This document shows, one piece after another, positions 12,295 to 21,585 of a stretch of 64,000 nucleotides of DNA (within the stretch, counting starts at the first letter, position 1; the number at the start of each line of letters is the position of its first letter). Below the pieces are notes generated by a model that saw nothing but the letters and a program-made list of their open reading frames with translations, ran no database searches and was not told the origin of the DNA. A program made the position numbers and the translations under genes. The stretch comes from Parcubacteria group bacterium M6-OD1-1. Lineage in GTDB: Bacteria; Patescibacteriota; Minisyncoccia; GWC2-36-17; M10-OD1-4. The stretch is from contig LSNK01000003.1 in NCBI GenBank assembly GCA_003056085.1, positions 2,744-66,743 of the forward strand, written 5' to 3'.

Positions 12295-12967
12295 CTTCTA
12301 AAGCCTTATAAACAAGATCTGTATGATCTGACATTGATAATTCTTTCTGAAGCGCAATGGAAGCGGTTTTTTCAACTAAAGCTACTATTTGCTTATCAAC
12401 AAAATCCATTCGTTTTTTTTGATAATTATCAATTATCTTTTTTATTTCTTCAAGCTCTCCATTTAAATATTTATCTACTTTAGTCGCGCTTTCTTTTTCA
12501 AATTCTGAAAGTGTTTCTTTTATTTCATCCATTATACTATCCATTTTCTTTTCTGCTGTTTCTTTGTTTTCCTCAACGCGTTTTTGAAAAGAAAGTGAAA
12601 ATTTAGAATACATTTCTTCCGCTTTTTTTGCTGATTGTGAAATTGAGTCTTCTATTTCTTGAGTTAATTTATCAAGATGTTTTTTGTAGGATGATTCTAT
12701 TTTTTTGTTTGTAATTTTTCCATTTGAAATAAGTCTTATACTTTCAAGCTCAGCTTCAACAAGTATTTTTTGCGCCTCTTTTTGAGCATTTCCTATAATT
12801 TTTTGGGACTTGCTCTTTGCCTTTTTTATCATACGGCCATAAATAGGATAAGTAAGATCTCTTATTTGTCCATTGCTTTTAAAGTACATAAACAAAAAAA
12901 CAAGAACTAAAAAGGCCAACAAAGACACAAGACCAATAAGTAAATAAAAAATTAAAAAATTTGTCAT
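12248..12967 (-). CDS. atpF: F-type ATP synthase b subunit (long form)
   Basis: N-terminal TM helix (LIFYLLIGLVSLLAFLVLVFLF) followed by a long charged coiled-coil; operon position. Confidence 0.6.
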   Translation of the reverse strand: MTNFLIFYLLIGLVSLLAFLVLVFLFMYFKSNGQIRDLTYPIYGRMIKKAKSKSQKIIGNAQKEAQKILVEAELESIRLISNGKITNKKIESSYKKHLDKLTQEIEDSISQSAKKAEEMYSKFSLSFQKRVEENKETAEKKMDSIMDEIKETLSEFEKESATKVDKYLNGELEEIKKIIDNYQKKRMDFVDKQIVALVEKTASIALQKELSMSDHTDLVYKALEDAKKENIFDSKNSNE

Positions 12968-12978
12968 AAAAAAAATTA

Positions 12979-13854
12979 TTAAAATATTACTATTATCACA
13001 CTTATAAATATTCCCACAACGCCTATCATTAAAGCTACAATTGAATTTAAGATAATAACGGACCAGACAGATGATTTTGCAAGCGGATTTCTTCCTATTG
13101 AGATAATGCTTCTGTCTACTGCGGACATAAAATTTTTAAAAGCTGCAAATATAGCACCAAATGCGATAAGAGCTGCAATAATATATTTTATGATATTAAC
13201 CTTTGTTTCATCTTCAATTCCTCCAAATATTCCCACCTTACCGCCTTCGCTGTTACTTACCAATTCGTTTAAAAAAGGAATGCTTTTATCCGTTGATGAA
13301 TCCGAAGCGGCGATACCAACATCAAGAAGCACTTTTATGCTTCCTGTCACGATATTTTTTCCATCTATGATTTCTGTTTTTACTCCTTCTGTCTTTTCAT
13401 CAAAAGGCTCGAGTGCAACTCCTAATATGTACGAATCTTTTTTAACAACCTTCTGCCCCTTCCCCGGGACATCAGAAGATGTAATGTTGTCTCCTGGCTG
13501 TATGGGACCTCCTTCCAATGTTACATTTACCAATACTTGGCCGGACCTTACTACTGGAATCTTATTTGTTTCCGTCCTTAAAACCAAAACAGGGTTTTCT
13601 ACGGTAATTCCAAAAATATCCTCATCCCCAACCTTGCGAGACAAACTATAGACTCCATTTTTTTTATCATAGGAAATTATATCTCCGAAAAGAACATTAT
13701 CATCGGTGATGGTATATGTTAAAGCAACATTAAGGTCACTTTTTTGAGCATGCGAAAAAGGAACAAACAATATAACGCTTGTTGCTAAAACTAATAATAC
13801 TGTTAAATTAATCAAAATGCGAAACTGCATGTATAAAAATAAAAAACTTGGCAA
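12979..13854 (-). CDS. Secreted/periplasmic domain fused to a C-terminal c-subunit-like two-helix hairpin. It occupies the atpE/atpB position of the operon but lacks the conserved carboxylate.
   Basis: Signal peptide (SHA|QK). An approximately 190-aa soluble domain is followed by IIAALIAFGAIFAAFKNFMSAVDRSIISIGRNPLAKSSVWSVIILNSIVALMIGVVGIF. This is a G/A-rich helix, an RNP loop (compare ARQPE), and a second helix with no Asp/Glu. Confidence 0.4.
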   Translation of the reverse strand: MPSFLFLYMQFRILINLTVLLVLATSVILFVPFSHAQKSDLNVALTYTITDDNVLFGDIISYDKKNGVYSLSRKVGDEDIFGITVENPVLVLRTETNKIPVVRSGQVLVNVTLEGGPIQPGDNITSSDVPGKGQKVVKKDSYILGVALEPFDEKTEGVKTEIIDGKNIVTGSIKVLLDVGIAASDSSTDKSIPFLNELVSNSEGGKVGIFGGIEDETKVNIIKYIIAALIAFGAIFAAFKNFMSAVDRSIISIGRNPLAKSSVWSVIILNSIVALMIGVVGIFISVIIVIF

Positions 13855-14031
13855 ATAAGCTGCGAAACTTTTTTCACTTGTTTTTATTTTAACATATAGC
13901 CACTACAGAATAAATAGTATATTTTAATATTAACCCGACATTACAAAGCAAGGTGCTATATTCAAAAAAAACAGTTTAATAAATGGCTTTTTTATGCTAA
14001 AATAGTTAAATTATGATGGATTTATCCTGAA

Positions 14032-14556
14032 ATGTTTTTTAGGATAAAATTAAATATTATTAATTTTGATTTATTTATGAGCTTGCAATCCTTAGAAATA
14101 CAAAATATTTTACTTATAATACTGTCTGTATTGGTTTTTTTGCTGATTATTCAAAACTTTTTTTTAAGAAAAAGATATAAGAAAATATTTAAGAAAAATG
14201 ACGAACACTCAATAGAGAATGTTTTATCTGAATATTTGTCAAGAACGGAAAAAACAGAGAGAAACATCAAAAAACTTATGAACGACCTTATAAAGTTAGA
14301 AAAACATTCTGAAAGTTTAGTCAGAAGAACATTAATAAAAAGATATAACCCATTTAAAGATTCTGGATCAGACCAAAGCTTTACAATCTCTTTGTTAGAT
14401 GGTACTAATAATGGGCTGCTTCTTACTGGATTATATTCAAGGGACGGAGTAAGAGTATATGCAAAACCCGTGGAAAACGGATTAACAAAACACGGACTGT
14501 CAAATGAAGAAGCAGAGATATTAAAAAAATCCATTTTGCTTAATAAAAAAGACTAA
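14032..14556 (+). CDS. Membrane-anchored hypothetical protein (DUF4446-like)
   Basis: N-terminal TM; RYNPFKDSGSDQSFTISLLDGTNNGLLLTGLYSRDGVRVYAKPVENG resembles the DUF4446 core; start may be the internal ATG at 14077. Confidence 0.4.
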   Translation: MFFRIKLNIINFDLFMSLQSLEIQNILLIILSVLVFLLIIQNFFLRKRYKKIFKKNDEHSIENVLSEYLSRTEKTERNIKKLMNDLIKLEKHSESLVRRTLIKRYNPFKDSGSDQSFTISLLDGTNNGLLLTGLYSRDGVRVYAKPVENGLTKHGLSNEEAEILKKSILLNKKD

Positions 14557-14577
14557 TATAGATAAAACTAAATAAAA

Positions 14578-16092
14578 ATGACAAAAGAAAAGGAACAAAA
14601 TTCAATAGAACGCCCTCCTGTTATTGTGGTTTTAGGACATATAGACCATGGAAAAACCGCTCTTTTAGACTATATTAAAAAAACAAATGTAGTTTCAAAT
14701 GAATCCGGCAATATTACACAGCATATAGGAGCTTATGAAATAACCCACAATAATAAAAAAATGACATTCATAGACACTCCCGGTCATGAGGCGTTTTCCA
14801 AGATGCGTTCAAGAGGCGCTAAGGTGGCTGATATTGCTATTTTGGTTATTGCGGCAGATGAAGGCTTGAAACTTCAAACTAAAGAAGCCATAGAACATAT
14901 CAAAAAAGCGGGACTTGATATGATAGTAGCAATAAACAAAATAGACAAACCTGAAGCAGCTCCTGAAAAAATAAAACAGCAACTTGCGGAAGAAGGGATA
15001 ATGCTTGAAGGTTGGGGCGGAACTGTTTCAAATCAAGAAATATCCGCTAAGTCAGGAAAAGGTATAAATGAGCTTTTGGACCTCATAGCTCTCGCAACAG
15101 AAATTGAAGAACTTAAAGCCAATAAAGACATCCCCGGAGAAGGAGTCATTATTGAGGCGAGAACTGACGCAAAAATTGGAAACATAACTTCCCTTTTAAT
15201 TAAAAATGGACTTATAAAAACAGGGGATTTTATAGTGGCGGGAACTTCATTTGGAAAGATAAAAAAAATGGAGGATGACAGAGGAAATATTATAAAAGAA
15301 GCTCAATTTTCCGCCCCTGTTCAAGTAACCGGGTTTGACTCCCTGCCAACAGTGGGAGATGAGTTTTATATTACAAAAAATAAAAAAGAATCTGAAAAAT
15401 TAACTGAACTTAAAAAAGAAACTGAATCTTTAGGGGTTAAGTCTCAAGATAAAGACCTAACAGATAAAAAACTTATAAATATACTTTTAAAAGCCGATGT
15501 TTCAGGAACTGAAGAAGCTCTCAAAAGTATGGTTTCTGACTTGATATTTGACGATGTTGCAGTAAATATAACAAAATCAGATATTGGGGATATAACAGAA
15601 AATGATATTAAATTTTCCAGATCAACAAACTCAATAATAGCGGGATTTAAAATACAAGCATCGGGACAAATTAAAAAATTAGCTGAACAGAATGAAGTTA
15701 AAATAATAACAGCAAATGTTATTTATGAAGTAATAGAATCTATAAAAAAAGAATTAGCTTCTCTGCTAACTCCTGAAATAACAAAAAATGTAATAGGAAA
15801 ACTCCAAATACTTGCAACATTTAAACAGGATAAAACAAAAATGATAGTAGGTGGAAAAATAATAGACGGAAAAGCAAAGAGAAGGGCGAAAATGGAAGTT
15901 ACAAGAAAAGGAGAACCAATAATAACAGGTGTATTAGTTCAACTTCAACAAAACAAAGAAGATGTTACTGAGGTTGCCTTGGGTAAAGAATGCGGAATAG
16001 CATTTCAACCGGACAAATCAACAGAGGAAAAAATTGAAGTTGGAGATATTTTAGAAATATACGAAGAAGAAGAAACAATAAAGACACTATGA
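14578..16092 (+). CDS. infB: Translation initiation factor IF-2 (short form, GTPase core + C-terminal domains)
   Basis: GHIDHGKTALLD (G1), DTPGHEAFSKMRSRG, NKIDKPEA (G4); followed by rbfA. Confidence 0.9.
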   Translation: MTKEKEQNSIERPPVIVVLGHIDHGKTALLDYIKKTNVVSNESGNITQHIGAYEITHNNKKMTFIDTPGHEAFSKMRSRGAKVADIAILVIAADEGLKLQTKEAIEHIKKAGLDMIVAINKIDKPEAAPEKIKQQLAEEGIMLEGWGGTVSNQEISAKSGKGINELLDLIALATEIEELKANKDIPGEGVIIEARTDAKIGNITSLLIKNGLIKTGDFIVAGTSFGKIKKMEDDRGNIIKEAQFSAPVQVTGFDSLPTVGDEFYITKNKKESEKLTELKKETESLGVKSQDKDLTDKKLINILLKADVSGTEEALKSMVSDLIFDDVAVNITKSDIGDITENDIKFSRSTNSIIAGFKIQASGQIKKLAEQNEVKIITANVIYEVIESIKKELASLLTPEITKNVIGKLQILATFKQDKTKMIVGGKIIDGKAKRRAKMEVTRKGEPIITGVLVQLQQNKEDVTEVALGKECGIAFQPDKSTEEKIEVGDILEIYEEEETIKTL

Positions 16093-16427
16093 CAGACAGA
16101 CTAAACAAAATAAATGAACTTATCAAACAAGAAGTTGGTAAGATAATAATAAGAGAATTGGACATCCCAAGGAATGTTCTTGTTACTATAACAAGAACAA
16201 AGACAGAACCGAATCTTAGAAAATCAACAATCTTTATAACTACATTCCCGGAAAGGTTAGGAAAAGATGTTATTTTAGAGCTTGAACTTGGTATATATGA
16301 CATTCAAAAAGCCTTAAATAGAAAACTCAATATGAAGCCTGTCCCAAAAATAGAATTTAAAATAGACAAACAATCTCAGACTGAACAGAAAATTTTCAAA
16401 CTTTTAGGTAAAAACAGAAAAGATTAA
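16089..16427 (+). CDS. rbfA: Ribosome-binding factor A
   Basis: 112 aa; INELIKQEVGKIIIREL ... ITRTKTEPNLRKSTIFIT typical RbfA KH fold; ATGA overlap with infB. Confidence 0.8.
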   Translation: MTDRLNKINELIKQEVGKIIIRELDIPRNVLVTITRTKTEPNLRKSTIFITTFPERLGKDVILELELGIYDIQKALNRKLNMKPVPKIEFKIDKQSQTEQKIFKLLGKNRKD

Positions 16428-16524
16428 AATAGTTGCAAAAAATAGATCTTTTGTATACAATTTTAAAATATCAATGATGTAAAAAATTGATAAAATAATT
16501 CGTCTTATTTAAATTTTTGGATAT

Positions 16525-16575
16525 AATGGCCATGTGGCGGAGTGGTTACGCAGCGGTTTGCCCCGCTCAAAGGTC
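16525..16575 (+). other. Pseudo-tRNA: duplicated 5' portion of tRNA-Cys (acceptor 5' strand, D-arm, degenerate anticodon arm) lacking a T-arm
   Basis: 16532-16560 is identical (29/29) to 16581-16609 inside the tRNA-Cys gene. Confidence 0.7.
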
Positions 16576-16649
16576 TGGCGCTGTGGCGGAGTGGTTACGC
16601 AGCGGTTTGCAAAACCGTGCACACCGGTTCAATTCCGGTCAGCGCCTCC
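16576..16649 (+). tRNA. tRNA-Cys (GCA), CCA encoded
   Basis: Acceptor GGCGCTG/CAGCGCC, D-arm GCGGAGTGGTTACGC, anticodon loop TTGCAAA, T-arm ACCGGTTCAATTCCGGT, discriminator T + CCA. Confidence 0.85.
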
Positions 16650-16721
16650 AAGCCAGACCTTTGTGTGGGATTGCAATTTGTCATCAAATTAAAGATTTAT
16701 TTTTTTAATTTTGAATTTTTA

Positions 16722-16808
16722 TGCCCGGGTGGTGAAATTGGTATACACGAGAGACTTAAAATCTCTTGGTCGCAAGACCGTGCCGGTTCAAGTCCGGCTC
16801 CGGGCACC
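16722..16808 (+). tRNA. tRNA-Leu (TAA), class II with long variable arm, CCA encoded
   Basis: Acceptor GCCCGGG/TCCGGGC, anticodon loop CTTAAAA, variable arm TGGTCGCAAGACCGT, T-arm GCCGGTTCAAGTCCGGC, A + CCA. Confidence 0.85.
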
Positions 16809-16845
16809 ACAAAAAACTCCTGATTTTAATCAGGAGTTTTTTGAT
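16805..16845. repeat. 41-bp perfect direct repeat copy 1 (overlaps tRNA-Leu 3' end and a bidirectional terminator hairpin)
   Basis: accacaaaaaactcctgattttaatcaggagttttttgatt identical to 20054-20094. Confidence 0.9.
16811..16845. terminator. Bidirectional rho-independent terminator (ctcctgatt/aatcaggag stem flanked by A-run and T-run) serving tRNA-Leu (+) and nrdG (-)
   Basis: 9-bp stem, 4-nt loop, A6 upstream and T6 downstream. Confidence 0.7.
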
Positions 16846-16868
16846 TTTAAAAACAGCAAAATTAAAAA

Positions 16869-17558
16869 TTACCGCACATAACAATTTTTAACATATTTTT
16901 TTAATTCTTCTGCTAACTCACTTAACTCATTATCCGAATATGAAGATTCTTTTTTTAAAGCAGGTTCAATTAATTTTGTCGGAATAAATTTCTGTAAGAA
17001 ATAATTTTCCGCACCTTTGATTTCTTGCGCAATTTTTCTTAAATCATCTTTACTTAGAATAGACTTTACAATAGTTGTTCTAAACTCATATCCAACACTT
17101 GAGCTCATTAAAAGACTTATACTTTTTTTTAATTTTTCAACCGGGATTTGCCACCCTATGACTTTTGAATATTTCTTCAGCGGCGCCTTGATATCCATAG
17201 CAACATAATCAACTAATTTTCTTTTAATAAAGTTTTCTAAAACCTCCGGCCTGCTGCCGTTACTGTCTAATTTTACCAAAAAACCCATTGCTTTTATGTT
17301 TTCTATCATTTCAGATAAATCCGCATGCTGTGTTGGTTCACCTCCGGTAATGCACACCGCATCAAGTTTCCCGCGCCTATTATTTAAAAAATCATAAACT
17401 TCTGAAAGCGAAATTTCCGCGGTGTATCTTTCAGGAATAACCAATTCCGGATTATGGCAATACCTACAACGAAAATTACAACCAATCGTAAAAATTATTG
17501 CTGAAGTTTTACCCGGATAATCTATCAAAGAAAATTTTTGCAATCCACCAATAATCAT
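16869..17558 (-). CDS. nrdG: Anaerobic ribonucleoside-triphosphate reductase activating protein (radical SAM)
   Basis: CNFRCRYCHNPEL radical-SAM cluster motif; 229 aa; overlaps nrdD stop by 4 bp. Confidence 0.85.
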   Translation of the reverse strand: MIIGGLQKFSLIDYPGKTSAIIFTIGCNFRCRYCHNPELVIPERYTAEISLSEVYDFLNNRRGKLDAVCITGGEPTQHADLSEMIENIKAMGFLVKLDSNGSRPEVLENFIKRKLVDYVAMDIKAPLKKYSKVIGWQIPVEKLKKSISLLMSSSVGYEFRTTIVKSILSKDDLRKIAQEIKGAENYFLQKFIPTKLIEPALKKESSYSDNELSELAEELKKYVKNCYVR

Positions 17559-19645
17559 ACCGTTGTTTTATATGTTTCTCGTATATCAAATTCAGCTTTT
17601 TTACCGTCATTCCACTGCATTGTTGGGCGCAAGTAACCAACGATTCTTGAATACACCTCGCACGAGCTCTGACATTTGTCACAAACTTTTATCTCTCCTG
17701 AAATATATCCATGATTTTTACAAACGCTAAAGGTTGGTGTTAAAGTAAAATAAGGCAACTCATAATTTTCACATATTTTTCTCACTAAATTTTTAACACT
17801 TTCTCCGTCTCTTATCATTTCACCAAGAAAAAAGTGTAAAACCGTACCTCCGGTATATTTTGTCTGCAAACTATCTTGCAACTCTAAGGCCTCAAAAATA
17901 TCTTCTGTAAAATTAACAGGTAAATGTGTTGAATTGGTGTAAAATGGACTTTCTACGTCATCGCCTTTTCCATTGGCAAAGTTTGCATTTTCATATTTTT
18001 TTTGATCAAGAAGGGCCAGTCTAAATGATGTCCCTTCTGCCGGAGTTGCTTCAAGATTATAATTATTGCCGGTTTCTTTTTGAAAAGAAACCATTGTGTT
18101 ACGCATATAATCAAGCACTTTTTCTGCAAATTCTTTGCCTTTTGTTGTGGTTATTGTTTCTCCAAAAAGATTTTGCGTTGCTTCGCTCATCCCTACAAGA
18201 CCAATAGTAGAAAAATGATTTTCCCAATATTTCCCATAAGAAGATTTTATTTTTCTTAAATAAAATTTAGTATATGGATATAGTCCGCTATCAGTAAACC
18301 GTTCTAATACTTTTCTTTTTATTTCCAAACTTTCTTTAGCTAAAATCATTAATTCTTTCAATTTATTAAAAAATTCTTTCTTATTTTTTGCATCAAGAGC
18401 AATACGCGGTAAATTTATAGTTACAACCCCGATTGATCCTGTTAAAGGATTTGCACCAAAAAGCCCTCCACCGCGTTTTTGTAATTGTCTGTTATCTATT
18501 CTCAATCTACAACACATTGAGCGGGCATCATCAGGATCCATATCGGAGTTGATAAAATTTGAAAAATAGGGTAAACCATATTTCCCTGTTGCCTGCCATA
18601 ATAATTTAATGGAATCATTATCCCAATTAAAATCTTTTGTAATATTGTAAGTTGGAATTGGAAATGTAAAAACGCGGCCACTGGCATCTCCCTCCGACAT
18701 TACTTCTAAAAATGCTTCATTAAACATATCCATCTCTTTTTGAAATTCATGATATGTTTCTTTTTGCGGCTTGCCGCCGACTATAACCGACTGCTTTGCA
18801 TAATGCTTTGGAACCGTTAAATCTAAAGTGACATTTGTAAACGGCGTCTGAAAACCAACACGAGTTGGAACGTTAATATTAAAAATAAATTCTTGAAGAG
18901 CTTGCTTGACTTCTTTGTACCTTAATTTATCATATCTTATAAACGGAGCCAGCAAAGTGTCAAAATTACTGAATGCCTGGGCTCCCGCGGCTTCACCCTG
19001 TAAAGTATAGAAAAAATTAACAACCTGCCCAAGAGCAGACCGAAAATGCTTTGGAGGCTTGCTTGACACTTTGCCCTCAACTCCCTTAAAACCTTCCGCC
19101 AATAAGTCAAAGAGATCCCAGCCGACACAATAAACTGAAAGCAAATTTAAATCATGAATATGAAAATCACCATTTATATGAGCATTCTTGCTATTATCGG
19201 GATAAATTTTATTTAACCAATAATTCTTGCTTATTTCACTGGAAATATAATTATTTAAGCCCTGTAATGAATAGGACATATTGCTGTTTTCCTTAACCTG
19301 CCAATCAGTTTTGTGTAAATACTGCTCAACAAAATTATTATTAAAAGAATTATTAATATCTCTTAATTGTTTGTGTTGTTCTCTGTATAAAATATAAGCC
19401 TTGGCGGTTTTTTTAAATTTTGAACGCAATAAAACATTCTCGACTATATCTTGAATTTGTTCAACTTTAGGAATTTTGTCTTTTATGGTTTTATCAGCGC
19501 AATTTACAACTTTTTTTGTCAGTTCATTTGCTTCTTTAGAGCCAAATTCATCGGTTGCCTTCCCGGCCTTTATGATTGCAATAACAACTTTTTTTATATT
19601 AAAAGACACTGTCCTGCCGCTTCTTTTTTTTATTTGCTTATACAT
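17555..19645 (-). CDS. nrdD: Anaerobic ribonucleoside-triphosphate reductase, class III
   Basis: 696 aa; N-terminal ATP-cone-like region; C-terminal glycyl-radical motif SRIVGYLRP and Cys-rich Zn ribbon (CDKCQSSC). Confidence 0.88.
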   Translation of the reverse strand: MYKQIKKRSGRTVSFNIKKVVIAIIKAGKATDEFGSKEANELTKKVVNCADKTIKDKIPKVEQIQDIVENVLLRSKFKKTAKAYILYREQHKQLRDINNSFNNNFVEQYLHKTDWQVKENSNMSYSLQGLNNYISSEISKNYWLNKIYPDNSKNAHINGDFHIHDLNLLSVYCVGWDLFDLLAEGFKGVEGKVSSKPPKHFRSALGQVVNFFYTLQGEAAGAQAFSNFDTLLAPFIRYDKLRYKEVKQALQEFIFNINVPTRVGFQTPFTNVTLDLTVPKHYAKQSVIVGGKPQKETYHEFQKEMDMFNEAFLEVMSEGDASGRVFTFPIPTYNITKDFNWDNDSIKLLWQATGKYGLPYFSNFINSDMDPDDARSMCCRLRIDNRQLQKRGGGLFGANPLTGSIGVVTINLPRIALDAKNKKEFFNKLKELMILAKESLEIKRKVLERFTDSGLYPYTKFYLRKIKSSYGKYWENHFSTIGLVGMSEATQNLFGETITTTKGKEFAEKVLDYMRNTMVSFQKETGNNYNLEATPAEGTSFRLALLDQKKYENANFANGKGDDVESPFYTNSTHLPVNFTEDIFEALELQDSLQTKYTGGTVLHFFLGEMIRDGESVKNLVRKICENYELPYFTLTPTFSVCKNHGYISGEIKVCDKCQSSCEVYSRIVGYLRPTMQWNDGKKAEFDIRETYKTTV

Positions 19646-19963
19646 AAGACTTTTTTTGAATTAATTATTAAAAAAACTTGGCTAAAACGCCAAGCATCAA
19701 ACAATATCCAATATAGTCTTGAGACTTAAACGCGAGCCGAGAGCGGACTAATGCAGTCAAATTGTATGAGACCGGACTTTAACCGTTGCGCGACAGTGAG
19801 GGAATCACACCCTACTTCATCATACAAACCGCTATCTATAATTTTGTAAATACATAATAGCACAAAAAAATAATTTTCCAAAATCTTATATTTTTTGGTT
19901 TTTTGCCTTTTTTAAAAATTAAATTAAAATATTTCCAAATTTTTTCAATTAAATCCCTTCCTT

Positions 19964-20007
19964 TTAACGTAGCATATGGTGACGGTCGTCACCATATGCT
20001 ACGTTAA
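19964..20007. repeat. Perfect 20-bp-stem hairpin with GGTC tetraloop (ttaacgtagcatatggtgac-ggtc-gtcaccatatgctacgttaa)
   Basis: Base-by-base complementarity checked; followed by T-run; lies between nrdD start and the 3D-domain gene end. Confidence 0.85.
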
Positions 20008-20053
20008 TTTTTTAATTAGAATATTAGGGAAGAAATTATTTTGATATCAAAAA

Positions 20054-20094
20054 ACCACAAAAAACTCCTGATTTTAATCAGGAGTTTTTTGATT
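20054..20094. repeat. 41-bp perfect direct repeat copy 2 (terminator hairpin downstream of 20116..20607)
   Basis: Identical to 16805-16845. Confidence 0.9.
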
Positions 20095-20115
20095 ATATTT
20101 TTTGAATTTTATTTC

Positions 20116-20607
20116 TTACTCGGCGATTTCCACAATGGTATATTTCATCCCAAAACTTAAAGCCTCAGATCTTGATTCTATCCAAATATCTATCCTGTCC
20201 TGAAACCTTTTGTTCATTCTATCTTCTACTGTAAAAACTTTATCTCCAAAAAGTTCCGGAAATCTTACTTTTGTACCCAAGGGTAAGAAGTTTGCAGCTA
20301 TAGCGCCGTCATAAACATAATTTCCGCTTGCCATTATAAATGGCGTATCATCTGTTTGCCCTACCGTTGAAGAATATGCCGTTATTTTAGATTTTCCAAT
20401 GTTTTTCCATATGACAGGAGAACTTTCGCCTAAAAATGAATCATTCCCCGTGATAATTACTGCACTTTTTTCAATAGCCGTACTTGCAACTTTGCTCTCT
20501 TGTTGTAAATAAGCATCTGCTTCAATACTTTTATTTGCTGCGGCAAATAGATTTAATGGGCCAACTAAAATACTCGCAAGAACAACCCAACCAAATAATA
20601 TCTTCAT
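20116..20607 (-). CDS. Secreted 3D-domain protein (MltA-like/YuiC-like cell-wall-binding or lytic domain)
   Basis: Signal peptide; GQTDDTPFIMASG ... RIDIWIESRSEALSFGMKYTIVEI matches the 3D-domain C-terminal signature (IDxxxxSxxEAxxxG). Confidence 0.6.
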   Translation of the reverse strand: MKILFGWVVLASILVGPLNLFAAANKSIEADAYLQQESKVASTAIEKSAVIITGNDSFLGESSPVIWKNIGKSKITAYSSTVGQTDDTPFIMASGNYVYDGAIAANFLPLGTKVRFPELFGDKVFTVEDRMNKRFQDRIDIWIESRSEALSFGMKYTIVEIAE

Positions 20608-20798
20608 TTTTAAAATTTAATTTTTAGCTTTTTTACTGGAATTACTTTAAAATATCTGCATTTCCAATAAAAAAACTCCCCATAACAAAGGGAGATTCAT
20701 AGGACAATACTACACTATTTACTAAAATATGTCAACCCCATCACTTAGACACACAAACATCCTAATAATAGGTTTTGTCTTTTAATTTTTATACCTTA

Positions 20799-21431
20799 TT
20801 AGTCTTTCTTAGTCTTGTATTTTAAAAAAAGAATTACAGATGCCAAGAAAGAAACAACTATAAATAAAATGATCTGTTGTTTTAAGCTCACCATACCAAC
20901 ATAAGACAAAATAAATGCAAATGGCGTTATCCCCAATATTGTAGCACTCATATAAACTTTTAGATTAACTTTTGTAAAAGTACCTAAAGCATAACTTAAA
21001 ATATCAACAGGAATAAGCATTCTTAAAAAAACTATAGTCCAAAATACATTCTCCTTTGGCATCTTGCTTTCGTATTTTTCTAATTTTTCTAACGAAATAA
21101 ATCTTTTTACCACCGGCTTCCCAAACTTTACCGCTATTAAAAATGCAACAAAAGACCCCAAACTCCAACTTAGAATACTTAAAACTCCTGTTATCTGCCA
21201 ACCCCACAAATTTGCGGCAATAGGCATTAAAGGAACAGATGTTAAAGGAGCAATTACCGTTGTTATAAACGCAAGCAACACATATATTAAAGCTCCCCAA
21301 AAAAATGAAAAATTACTCATATAAGATTTGAGAGTTTCAATATTCTCTTGGACGAAATAAGAAACTGCCACAAATATTGCAGCAATTAATATTAAAGATA
21401 CCAAATTTTCTAAAATTCCTTTTTTGCTCAT
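20799..21431 (-). CDS. DedA/TVP38-family (SNARE-associated) membrane protein
   Basis: 210 aa polytopic; VPLMPIAANLWGWQITGVLSILSWSLGSFVAFLIAVKFGKPVV core. Confidence 0.65.
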   Translation of the reverse strand: MSKKGILENLVSLILIAAIFVAVSYFVQENIETLKSYMSNFSFFWGALIYVLLAFITTVIAPLTSVPLMPIAANLWGWQITGVLSILSWSLGSFVAFLIAVKFGKPVVKRFISLEKLEKYESKMPKENVFWTIVFLRMLIPVDILSYALGTFTKVNLKVYMSATILGITPFAFILSYVGMVSLKQQIILFIVVSFLASVILFLKYKTKKD

Positions 21432-21585
21432 TATTTTTAACTTTATACTTAAATTCTAACAAAATAATTTAATATTACAATAACGTTTAAAACCCGCTCT
21501 CACAATTAAGAATTAAACTAATATTCCATAACCTTATCATTAAATGAGATAAAAAAAGCGGTCAATACATTGACCGCTTAGAACG

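Noticed and set aside
16517-16823. ORFs 16517..16708 and 16542..16823
   Set aside because: They overlap tRNA-Cys, the pseudo-tRNA and tRNA-Leu, and are GC-rich RNA-gene artefacts.
21004-21324. ORFs 21004..21300 (-) and 21064..21324 (+)
   Set aside because: They are nested out-of-frame within the DedA-family gene.
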